From Ostreococcus lucimarinus (Eukaryota), in NCBI GenBank assembly GCA_000092065.1, contig CP000593.1: 64,000 nt of DNA; one strand, given 5' to 3'. This document shows positions 55,204 through 63,377 of this stretch, piece after piece; positions within the stretch are counted from its first letter, which is position 1, and each line of letters starts with the position of its first letter. The notes beneath the pieces were generated by a model that saw only the letters and a program-made list of their open reading frames with translations, was not told the origin of the DNA and did no database searches. The translations under genes were made by a program, and so were the position numbers.

Positions 55204-58200
55204 TCACGACGTTGCACAGAACGCGGCGTCTTCGGTGAAGATGTTAGCGATGGTGACGTTCTGCTCAGGGAGCTGTAACGCCAAACCGTCGATGTGACGA
55301 ACGGTGAAGAGGGCGCTCGATGGACCGCCGACAATCCAGCACTCGGCACAGAGAGAGATATCGCGGAACGTGAGCTCGACGCCGGCCTCGACAACTTTAG
55401 CTTCGACGTAGACGCCACAGCCATTGTCATCGCTTGATGGTGGTCCATCGCGAGATCGCACGCCGACGAAGATGCAATCGACGATGAAGTCTTCTGGAGG
55501 CGCGACAATCGGAGCTTCGTTCGCAGCAACGACGATTCTCTCAAATGGAAGCATCACGGCGACACCATTCAGGCAGATTTGATCGCTCACGCGTCCAAAA
55601 TTGATCGCTGTTCCTGTAACGACAGCTTGAGAACCACCTTCGCCGCGTAAGAGCTGGAGACTCAAGCGTGCGTCCGTCTCGCGTAAACGCTCTGGCGCGG
55701 ACTCCGTCGGACAAATCGTTGCGTCGTCGGGTGAGCACGTTCTCGAAAGTCCATCGACCGGAATCGGCGCCGGAGTCGGTGTGGATGGCGGTGCACCAGG
55801 AGGCAACTGTGCGCCCGGTATTACCGTAATCGTCGACGCTGGGATCTGCACAGGGACACCAGGCTGAAGAGTGAAGTAAGTCGCGGAATCCGGAGCTGGA
55901 GGCGTGGGCGATGATTCTGTCGGAGGCGTAGGCGTAGGCGTTGGCGTAGGCGTTGGCGAAGGCGTTGGCGTAGGCGTTGGCGAAGGCGTTGGCGAAGGCG
56001 TTGGTGAAGGCGTTGGCGAAGGCGTTGGTGAAGGCGTTGGTGAAGGCGTTGGTGGTGGTGATGGCGATGGTGGAGACCTTTGCGTAGGAAACCATCCGCT
56101 CGTCCAAGGAACGTCCGGACCTCGATCCCATGCGGCAATTTCCGTAGGTCCACGCTCCGCGGTGTATCCACCGCCAATCGCCCGTTTCAACCAACACGAG
56201 TGATATGCAAAGTCTTTGCAATCGCCGGTACAGTAAACCCACGTATCACAGTCGCGCGTTCGAAAGCATGCTTGGCAACACGCCTCTTCGGTATCGACGA
56301 TGAATTTTGAGCCATCGCGAAGAAGTATGCCTTTGAGGTTCAATCCTTTTTCGCCGTTGCACACGAGACCGTTTACCGGTGTTGGCGTCATCGGAGGTGA
56401 AGTCGGAAGCATCGCAATTGGCTCAACGAGTTGTCCTTGTATGTCTCTTCGACAAGTGGGGTTTCCAACCGATGGCCCAACGTAATCAAAACGCGCGCCC
56501 GAAAGCGATACAACGCGAAACAAGGTCTCATTGTCGCCCTGGAGTTTGCATCCAGCACACAGCGTGACGTTCGACAGGGAGACTTCGAGCAAAGTAACTT
56601 TCGGCAGTGGTCGTCCACTCGCCTCGTTGAAGACGCCGTCGGGTGCGTACGATGCCATGCGGAATTGAAGCCCTGCACAAGGTTCGAGGCTCGGAGTGCG
56701 AGATTCGCCGTTCACGACGGTTATCATCAAACACTCAATGGCGTACTCGTCGAAAGGATTTTGAACTTCTCTCCACGTACCGTTGATGTCATTTACCCAC
56801 GAACTCAGCACGATTGGGATGTTGACATCAATCAACCGAATCGCACCACCGTCGTTGTTTACTCCAATCGAGCCGCGGAAATCATAGCGGTTGAATGGCG
56901 CGACTCGGAAGTCGCCACCGACGTCGACGCGTTCACCAAACCACGACAGCGAGGCTTGAACGCGTGGAAGGACATCGAGACAATCCACGGGGCGTCCTCC
57001 ATCTGAGGTTTCGCCGTCGAAACCGTCGCGAAAAGATGGACGTGCGTATTGCGTCAAATTGAAGCCAGCGAGCGGTCGTAACGGCGCGATCGATGGTGTG
57101 ATGTCTGTGCGATTTGCGTCGCCAAACTGGTCTTGATCTGGAAAGAAGGGAATGCCACCAAAGAACTGTAGCAATTTGCGTCGTGAATCGTTAGGAGGAC
57201 TCTCGAATACGTCTGTCCAACTACCTCCGACATCGCATTGAAGCGCTCGAATCGTTGGCGCGAGTGCGTCGAGTGTCGCCTCTGATTCATGCTTTGCGGT
57301 GAACAGTTTACCATCTTGAACACGTCCCGTGATGGCGGCATCCGGAGGAATCGTCAAGTTTGCAAGTGTTATTTTGATACCGGCGATACTTTCTTCAATC
57401 GTCGCGCGATCGCACAGCGTATCATCTAGGACTTCTCCGCGAGCGGATATGAGCGAGAGTCCAGCGCATTCCACAGATGGAACGCTCAAAGCATCAACGA
57501 ATTCATTCATGTTACCTTCCCGACGTCGATAGCCAATCACGACCGTGACTTCAGGAACACGAATTGTGCTATTCGCGCAACAACCGATTGCGCCGAGAAC
57601 GTCGTAATCGGTCGAGTTTGGCCGCGAGGCGACGACGAGAAAGTTCTTCAGTTCTCGGACCGGATCGCACTCGCTGCGTCCAGGCGTGTCGCTTGGAATC
57701 ACTTGACCGTTTTCAACGACAACACCGTATCCTTCAAGCGGGCGTGTAATGGGTGGAGTGTCCGTTCCGATCGGAATCGTCGGATCGGTGTCATTTCCGG
57801 GCCGTTCAACGACGATGGTTTGAACCCCTAATTCCTCGGAGAGCGCCGGGCAGGCTTCCGTCAAATTGAACCCGCATCCTAGCGGCGTGAACCCAACAAT
57901 CTCTCGCAAGAACATGACGTTATCGTCGGTGATGAGTGTGAAATCATCGCACAGACAGCTTTCGTTGTGCAATCGAGCTGCAGCGCCGCAGCACGGTGCA
58001 AAATCAGAGATGCGTGGTATCACTCCGACATCGTTTTGCTGAATCGCGCTGCAGTATTTCCGCGTCACGTCAATCGTATCGGCGCAGGAGATGTCATCTC
58101 GCAACGCGCCACCATCGTCAACAATGCGCTCCCACTTTTCGTCGGGGATGACGAACTCGGGTACCGCAGTCGGAGTGCTCAAGAATTGCGTCAAAAGCTG

Positions 58201-61200
58201 CTGATCCTCGCACACGTCACCGACTTTGATTCTAAAACCGCACGCAAGAGGCGTAAATGCTGAAAGTTCACCTACGGACGGGCGGATGCCTTCGAAACTT
58301 TGAATGAACTCTGGAACGCAGAAACATCCAGCTTCATCCAAGTCGCTCAGCGCAACGCAACAACTCGGGAACGAAGCAGGGTTCGGACCACTGATGGTCG
58401 CAGTTTCAAATCCCACGCACAGTTCTTCGACACGTGGGATATTCGACACGCACAACGATGTGAGCTGCGAGTATTCCGAAGTCGGTACGAGAGCTATGAC
58501 ACGAACAAGGCGTTCTGCGGAGACATCGCATCCACCTGAGTCACGCACTCGGTAATACACGCGATAAGTGCCGACACGACTGGTGTCCACTTCGCTTGTG
58601 TCTGCCTCGATTGCGTCTGAAATGTCACCGTCGAGTTCATCCGTCGCAACAGCCCCGGGGTCAACGTACAGCGAGTTGAGCAAGACTTCATTTTGCACTG
58701 CATTTGGTCCGCCGACGAGACGTAGCGTTGGGCATTCATCGACTGGAGGTGGTGGACTCGGCGGTGGCGGTGGAGGCGGCAACGGTGGCGGCGATGGTGG
58801 AGGGGGGCTTGGTGGCGGGGGGCTCGGCACTGGAGGCGGCGGTGGTGGACTCGGCGGCGACGGCGATGGGGGCGATGGGGGTGGTGGTGATGGGCTCGGT
58901 GGTAGAGGACTCGGCGGCGGCGGCGATGGAGAAGGCGGGCTCGGCGGCGGCGGCGATGGAAGCGGACTCGGCGGCGGTGGCGATGGCGGAGGTGGACTTG
59001 GAGGCGGACTCGGAAAGCAAGACAGGCCGGAAACGAGCTCAAGTCCAGAGTCACAGAGAGTCGGTGCAGTGATTTGAACGGTGCGAATCGCATCACCGAG
59101 TTCGTCGATGATGGCTGTATCGCAAAAGCAACGCTCGACGTTCATTCCCCTAACAATGTCGCAGCATGACGGATCGAAAGCTTCGTCATTTTCGATGCCA
59201 AAAATTGATCCACATCGACCTTGTAAATCCTGAAGAAGTCGGAGACAAGTAGGAAGAATCGGAGGGGATGGAGATGGCACCGCCACCGGCGGTGGAGGTG
59301 GCGGCGATGGAACTTCCACCGGCGGTTGCGGCGGAGGTGATGGCGATGGAACTTCCACCGGCGGTTGCGGCGGAGGTGATGGCGATGGAACTTCCACCGG
59401 CGGTTGCGGCGGAGGTGATGGCGATGGAACTTCCACCGGCGGTTGCGGCGGAGGTGATGGCGATGGAACTTCCACCGGCGGTTGCGGCGGAGGTGATGGC
59501 GATGGAACTTCCACCGGCGGTGACGGCGAGGGAGGTGATGGTGATGGAACTTCCACCGGTGGAGGAGGAGACGGTGAAGGTTGCACGATCGGAGGCGATG
59601 GTGGTGGTGATGGCATCATGACTTCAGCGCCGACTACGCCGCTTGTCCATGTCACGTTTTCCCCGCGTTCCCAAGCCGGCACCGGAATCGTTTCCACATC
59701 TTCTTTCGAAAGCTTCTTCAGCCAGCATTCGCCGAACTTGTAGTCGTAGTACTCGTTGCCACAGCCATCGATAGACGCGCAGAATACCCAAGCATTGCAC
59801 TTTTTCATTTTTTTGCACTCGGCGCAGCATTCGGTTTCGCTATCGACAACCAAGTCCGAGCCGCTATTCAACGGATGTCCCTTGTAATTGGCGTTTTCTT
59901 CTACTCGACACCCCTCAATCGACGGGACGGGTTCAGGAATTCGATCGACGAGCGAGCCACTGACCCAAGGAACGCCGTCGCCTCGCGCGATGGCTGGTGG
60001 TTTTTGAGGGTCGCCGCCGACGAGAAAAAGTTTCAACACACACGTCTGGTAAGCGAATTCGCCATCGCATCCGCTGACGTCATCGCAAAAGTTCCACACA
60101 GCACACGCTGGATCAGCGAGGCAAGCGTCGCAGCACGCGCTCCAAGAGACTGCGTTAACAATTGAAATCTGGATTCCGTCGTAGTTTGCGTTTGTCTCTG
60201 CTCGACATTCTTTGCGCTCGTTTGATGTATCAAACGGCACTGGCTCCACTTCTTTATCACGCAGCGCACCGGAGATATAAGTCGCGTTTGGTCCACGTTT
60301 GCCAGGAATGGTGTCTTGAGAAATGATTTCCGGTGCGGCGTACTTGAGTTCGCAGGATGAGTACGAATAAGCGAACTCCGATCGCCCGCATCCGTCGTTG
60401 GCGGTACAGAACGTCCACACGTTGCAGTTTGGATTTTCTCTACAGGCTAAGCAGCAAGCTTCGGGAGATGGAACCAAGAACAAACCAGTAGTGAGTGTAG
60501 ATCCTTCGTACTCTGCGTTTGCCTCCTCGTCGCACGGGCGGACGAGCTCCGCGTCAGTCGGCCCGTCGCCCCGCGGAAATCCAGCGCAAATCGGTTCGCG
60601 TAAACCATTCGGCGAAATTTCTGTGCTCGAGAAACCACGACCATCCGCGTACGAGAGATCGAGAACGACGTTGTTTGGACCACCGACGATGAAGCAGCCC
60701 GGGCACAGCACTAAATCATCACCAAAACTGAGTTCTACGCCTCGTTCGGTAACGACGGCTTTGCATGTTGCCGCGGCGTCGCTCATGGGTACCGATGAGA
60801 TCGGATAGACGATTTGCAACCCCTCGCACGCGGCTTGCAACTGAGACTGCTCGTAGTCTCCGCCGAGATCGATCGCGAACGTCACCTTTGACGCGTCAAG
60901 AGTGCTGCACGAGCGATGTCCGACGATGCCGCGAATTCGAGCGACGCCGTCTTCAATCTGAGACTCGAGAGTGCTGAAGACGACGTCGAGAAGACTCGGA
61001 CACGCACTCAGCATGATTTGAGCGTTTGGATTCCAGCCAAACGTTGACGTTGGTGCGACACTTACGATTGAGGATGCGGTGGTAAACGCGCTGGGATCGC
61101 ACGTGGGATCGAGCGCGCGCACCGATTCGGCGTCAAGCACGCGCGATTCGCGATCTCGAAAAGAAAACAAAAAGTTCGAGTATCCTCCGGCGAGGAACTC

Positions 61201-61644
61201 GCCAGCGTTTAAAGCGATGGCGCCAAACGTCACACGTGGGCCGACATCATTCATCTGGATGCTTAAATCGCCGCAGTCGACGATTCGCCGCGCACCGCTC
61301 GGAGCGACGATCTGCGACCCCCAACACGTAAACTCAAACTCGCCGAGCGTCGTAAACTCGCTCGCGGCGTCATCCAATCGTATCAATTTCGAAAATTCAA
61401 ACTGAACCGTAACTCCATTCAAATTCACCTCGCGATCGGCATCATTCACGATCAACACGCTCGCGTACGTCTCGCGCGCGCCGCGATCCGCGTCGTCGGC
61501 GCGCGGCGCGTCGACGCCGACGCGAAGCATCGAATCCGTCGGCGTCGAGTGACTCCACGCGTACGCATCGATGGACAACGCCCCACCACCGAATCCTTCG
61601 CAATTCACACCCGCAAAATCCACGTTCGTCGCTTCATCGTCCAC
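55204..61644 (-). CDS. Giant (at least 2146 aa) extracellular-matrix/cell-surface glycoprotein: 4 PAN/apple-like modules, extensin-like Pro-rich blocks, an Ig-like (DUF5011/HYR-like) module and three 8-Cys-motif modules; 5' end unresolved
   Basis: A single 6.4-kb open frame.
- PAN/apple-like modules: CCLACRENPNCNVWTFC, CCDACLADPACAVWNFC, CCAECKKMKKCNAWVFC (59690-60530) and CCQACFRTRDCDTWVYC (56170-56350).
- Pro-rich blocks: PVEVPSPSPPPQP repeats, an SPPPP block (58740-59010) and a (PTPS)n block (55905-56065).
- 8CM modules at 59017-59247, 58210-58452 and 57850-58086.
The ORF-track start is GTG, and no ATG or signal peptide is present at the N-terminus. Confidence 0.8.
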   Translation of the reverse strand: MDDEATNVDFAGVNCEGFGGGALSIDAYAWSHSTPTDSMLRVGVDAPRADDADRGARETYASVLIVNDADREVNLNGVTVQFEFSKLIRLDDAASEFTTLGEFEFTCWGSQIVAPSGARRIVDCGDLSIQMNDVGPRVTFGAIALNAGEFLAGGYSNFLFSFRDRESRVLDAESVRALDPTCDPSAFTTASSIVSVAPTSTFGWNPNAQIMLSACPSLLDVVFSTLESQIEDGVARIRGIVGHRSCSTLDASKVTFAIDLGGDYEQSQLQAACEGLQIVYPISSVPMSDAAATCKAVVTERGVELSFGDDLVLCPGCFIVGGPNNVVLDLSYADGRGFSSTEISPNGLREPICAGFPRGDGPTDAELVRPCDEEANAEYEGSTLTTGLFLVPSPEACCLACRENPNCNVWTFCTANDGCGRSEFAYSYSSCELKYAAPEIISQDTIPGKRGPNATYISGALRDKEVEPVPFDTSNERKECRAETNANYDGIQISIVNAVSWSACCDACLADPACAVWNFCDDVSGCDGEFAYQTCVLKLFLVGGDPQKPPAIARGDGVPWVSGSLVDRIPEPVPSIEGCRVEENANYKGHPLNSGSDLVVDSETECCAECKKMKKCNAWVFCASIDGCGNEYYDYKFGECWLKKLSKEDVETIPVPAWERGENVTWTSGVVGAEVMMPSPPPSPPIVQPSPSPPPPVEVPSPSPPSPSPPVEVPSPSPPPQPPVEVPSPSPPPQPPVEVPSPSPPPQPPVEVPSPSPPPQPPVEVPSPSPPPQPPVEVPSPPPPPPVAVPSPSPPILPTCLRLLQDLQGRCGSIFGIENDEAFDPSCCDIVRGMNVERCFCDTAIIDELGDAIRTVQITAPTLCDSGLELVSGLSCFPSPPPSPPPPSPPPPSPLPSPPPPSPPSPSPPPPSPLPPSPSPPPPSPPSPSPPSPPPPPPVPSPPPPSPPPPSPPPLPPPPPPPSPPPPVDECPTLRLVGGPNAVQNEVLLNSLYVDPGAVATDELDGDISDAIEADTSEVDTSRVGTYRVYYRVRDSGGCDVSAERLVRVIALVPTSEYSQLTSLCVSNIPRVEELCVGFETATISGPNPASFPSCCVALSDLDEAGCFCVPEFIQSFEGIRPSVGELSAFTPLACGFRIKVGDVCEDQQLLTQFLSTPTAVPEFVIPDEKWERIVDDGGALRDDISCADTIDVTRKYCSAIQQNDVGVIPRISDFAPCCGAAARLHNESCLCDDFTLITDDNVMFLREIVGFTPLGCGFNLTEACPALSEELGVQTIVVERPGNDTDPTIPIGTDTPPITRPLEGYGVVVENGQVIPSDTPGRSECDPVRELKNFLVVASRPNSTDYDVLGAIGCCANSTIRVPEVTVVIGYRRREGNMNEFVDALSVPSVECAGLSLISARGEVLDDTLCDRATIEESIAGIKITLANLTIPPDAAITGRVQDGKLFTAKHESEATLDALAPTIRALQCDVGGSWTDVFESPPNDSRRKLLQFFGGIPFFPDQDQFGDANRTDITPSIAPLRPLAGFNLTQYARPSFRDGFDGETSDGGRPVDCLDVLPRVQASLSWFGERVDVGGDFRVAPFNRYDFRGSIGVNNDGGAIRLIDVNIPIVLSSWVNDINGTWREVQNPFDEYAIECLMITVVNGESRTPSLEPCAGLQFRMASYAPDGVFNEASGRPLPKVTLLEVSLSNVTLCAGCKLQGDNETLFRVVSLSGARFDYVGPSVGNPTCRRDIQGQLVEPIAMLPTSPPMTPTPVNGLVCNGEKGLNLKGILLRDGSKFIVDTEEACCQACFRTRDCDTWVYCTGDCKDFAYHSCWLKRAIGGGYTAERGPTEIAAWDRGPDVPWTSGWFPTQRSPPSPSPPPTPSPTPSPTPSPTPSPTPSPTPSPTPTPTPSPTPTPTPTPTPPTESSPTPPAPDSATYFTLQPGVPVQIPASTITVIPGAQLPPGAPPSTPTPAPIPVDGLSRTCSPDDATICPTESAPERLRETDARLSLQLLRGEGGSQAVVTGTAINFGRVSDQICLNGVAVMLPFERIVVAANEAPIVAPPEDFIVDCIFVGVRSRDGPPSSDDNGCGVYVEAKVVEAGVELTFRDISLCAECWIVGGPSSALFTVRHIDGLALQLPEQNVTIANIFTEDAAFCATS
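59303..59570. repeat. Coding minisatellite, ~7 x 39 bp (PVEVPSPSPPPQP units) inside the giant gene
   Basis: ggcgatggaacttccaccggcgg anchors lie at 59303, 59342, 59381, 59420, 59459 and 59498, with a variant at 59540. The period is exactly 39 bp and the five central copies are identical. Confidence 0.9.
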
Positions 61645-62093
61645 CTACACCGCCGCGCGCGCGTCAGTCGCGTCCTTCATCCTCGTCTCGCGATTCCATC
61701 GCGGCGTCTCGACGCCGACGCCGCGTCCCGCGCGAATCCTCGCCTCGCACCTGCAGCATCGTCCGCGACGTCCCGAGCCCTTCCCGCGCGCGCGCCACTC
61801 GCGTCTTCGTCCCACCGCCGCGCTTTCGTCAGTCTTTCCCTTCGTCGTCGCGCGCCGTCCCGTTCGAATCGTCCTTCGTCGCGTCGCGTCGCTTTCGAGA
61901 TACGAAGCGTCGTTCGGTCCCATCGTTCGCGTCGTTCGCACCATCGCGCACGCCGCGACGACCGCGTCGCGCACGCGCGCCGCGCCGCGCGTCGTTCGTC
62001 GTCGCGTCGCTCTCGCGTCGCGTCGCATCGTTTCGTCGTTCCCCGTCGTCGCGATGTGTCGTCCATCGTCCGTCCGTCATCCATTCACTCATC

Positions 62094-63311
62094 ATGCATT
62101 CGACCCGGTCGCGCGTCGTCGATGTCGACCGACCGACCGACCGACCGATCGATGCGATGCGATGCGATGCGATGGATGACGCGCGGCACACGTCCGCGAC
62201 GCGCGGCATGGCGAGCGACGCGCGAACGAATCGCGCCAAGGCGTACGCGTACGCGTGCGGACTCGCGATCGGCGCGTTCGCCGTCGTCGCGGGCGCGATG
62301 CGCGACGGACGCGCGGGGACGATGACGGCGGTCGCGCGACGCGCGATGACGGGCGACGGCGGGACGCGCGAGGGCGCGACGGCGATGACGGAGGACGAGA
62401 AAGGGACGACGACGACGACGAGGACGGACGAGGACGAGGACGCGAACGAGGACGAGGACGTCGGGGAGATGGAACGAAGATTCACGCGGTGCGCGGGACA
62501 GTTTAAAAAGTTGCTCGCGGACGCCGACGCGTACTTTGAGCCCGGGCTCAAGGCGAAGATGTACGGGTTGTATAAGCGATGCACGAAGGATTTCGATCGA
62601 GAATTTGAGGGTGGTAAAACGTTCGGCGCGTTGGATGTCGTGGCGAGGGCGAAATACGAGGCGTGGAAGGAGGTGAAGGATTTGACGCGGGAGGAGGCGA
62701 TGGAGCGATACGTGCGGACGTTTGAGATGTGGGGGGCGAGGCGGGACTCGATGCGACCGTCGACGGCGACGCGGAACGCCGATGGGTTCACCGAGGAGGA
62801 CAGACTCGCCGCAGAGGAGTTTCACGCGAGAGATGAGGAGGAGAAGGAGGTGTACGCGAATATGTGGTCGATAAACCGGTCGCAGAGTCGACCGGCGCCG
62901 CTCGAGGACGACGACGAAGCGTCGCAGAGCGCGTCGAACAGCGGCGAGTTGGGGGCGCTGAGCGCGGCGTGTAAGGCAGGTGATGAGGACGCGGCGATGA
63001 AAGCGATCGAGGGCGGTGCGGATGTTAACGAACGCGATGCACTCGGGCGAACGCCGTTGCATTGGTGCGCAGACGGCGGACACTCGAAAATCGCCATGCA
63101 CCTGGCGCTTTTGAAGGCTGACGTCAACGCTCGCGATAGATACGGGCAAACGCCTTTGCACTTTTCGGTCAACTTAGATGACACGGAGACGGTAAATTTA
63201 TTCCTTGACTGGGGCGCAGATCCTTCGATCGCGGACGAGGAAGGGGAGACGCCTGAATCGCTCGGGATTTGGCAGCTCGCCGCGGCGCGCGAAGAAAACG
63301 CGACGGCGTGA
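62094..63311 (+). CDS. Acyl-CoA-binding protein with N-terminal TM anchor and C-terminal ankyrin repeats (ACBP1/2, ACBD6-like)
   Basis: ACB domain: FTRCAGQFKKL......KMYGLYKRCT......ARAKYEAWKEVKDLTREEAMERYV. TM helix: AYAYACGLAIGAFAVVAGA. Two ankyrin repeats: GRTPLHWCADGGHSKIAMHLALLKADVNARDRYGQTPLHFSV. ATGs lie at 62094 and 62208, and the latter is the more plausible start. Confidence 0.85.
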   Translation: MHSTRSRVVDVDRPTDRPIDAMRCDAMDDARHTSATRGMASDARTNRAKAYAYACGLAIGAFAVVAGAMRDGRAGTMTAVARRAMTGDGGTREGATAMTEDEKGTTTTTRTDEDEDANEDEDVGEMERRFTRCAGQFKKLLADADAYFEPGLKAKMYGLYKRCTKDFDREFEGGKTFGALDVVARAKYEAWKEVKDLTREEAMERYVRTFEMWGARRDSMRPSTATRNADGFTEEDRLAAEEFHARDEEEKEVYANMWSINRSQSRPAPLEDDDEASQSASNSGELGALSAACKAGDEDAAMKAIEGGADVNERDALGRTPLHWCADGGHSKIAMHLALLKADVNARDRYGQTPLHFSVNLDDTETVNLFLDWGADPSIADEEGETPESLGIWQLAAAREENATA

Positions 63312-63377
63312 GGTATCTACTTTATTGTGTAAAAGAATCTTCTATCGTACAATGGAAATTTCGCTAGCGTCCTAAAT

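Noticed and set aside
58-61644. ORF-track start coordinates such as 58, 4990, 10419, 14047, 14362, 17011, 20749, 27028, 33172, 36195, 53507, 61644 and 63959.
   Set aside because: I checked the bases: these are GTG or TTG codons shown as M. That convention is prokaryotic, and for a nuclear eukaryotic genome I moved starts to the first sensible ATG or to an upstream exon.
61862-61870. GTTCGAATC (tRNA T-loop-like) and a similar GGTTCGATC inside the 4352-4592 repeats.
   Set aside because: The flanking bases do not form T-stems and no D-arm or anticodon arm is present. These are chance matches in CG-rich DNA.
63119-63126. A further TGACGTCA octamer at 63119-63126 (ankyrin-repeat coding sequence), plus a TGACGTCG variant at about 18146-18153 inside the TOM2A-like CDS.
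   Set aside because: Both are located inside coding sequence. They show that the motif alone occurs by chance at roughly the expected rate, so only the 20-bp palindrome is treated as a candidate element.
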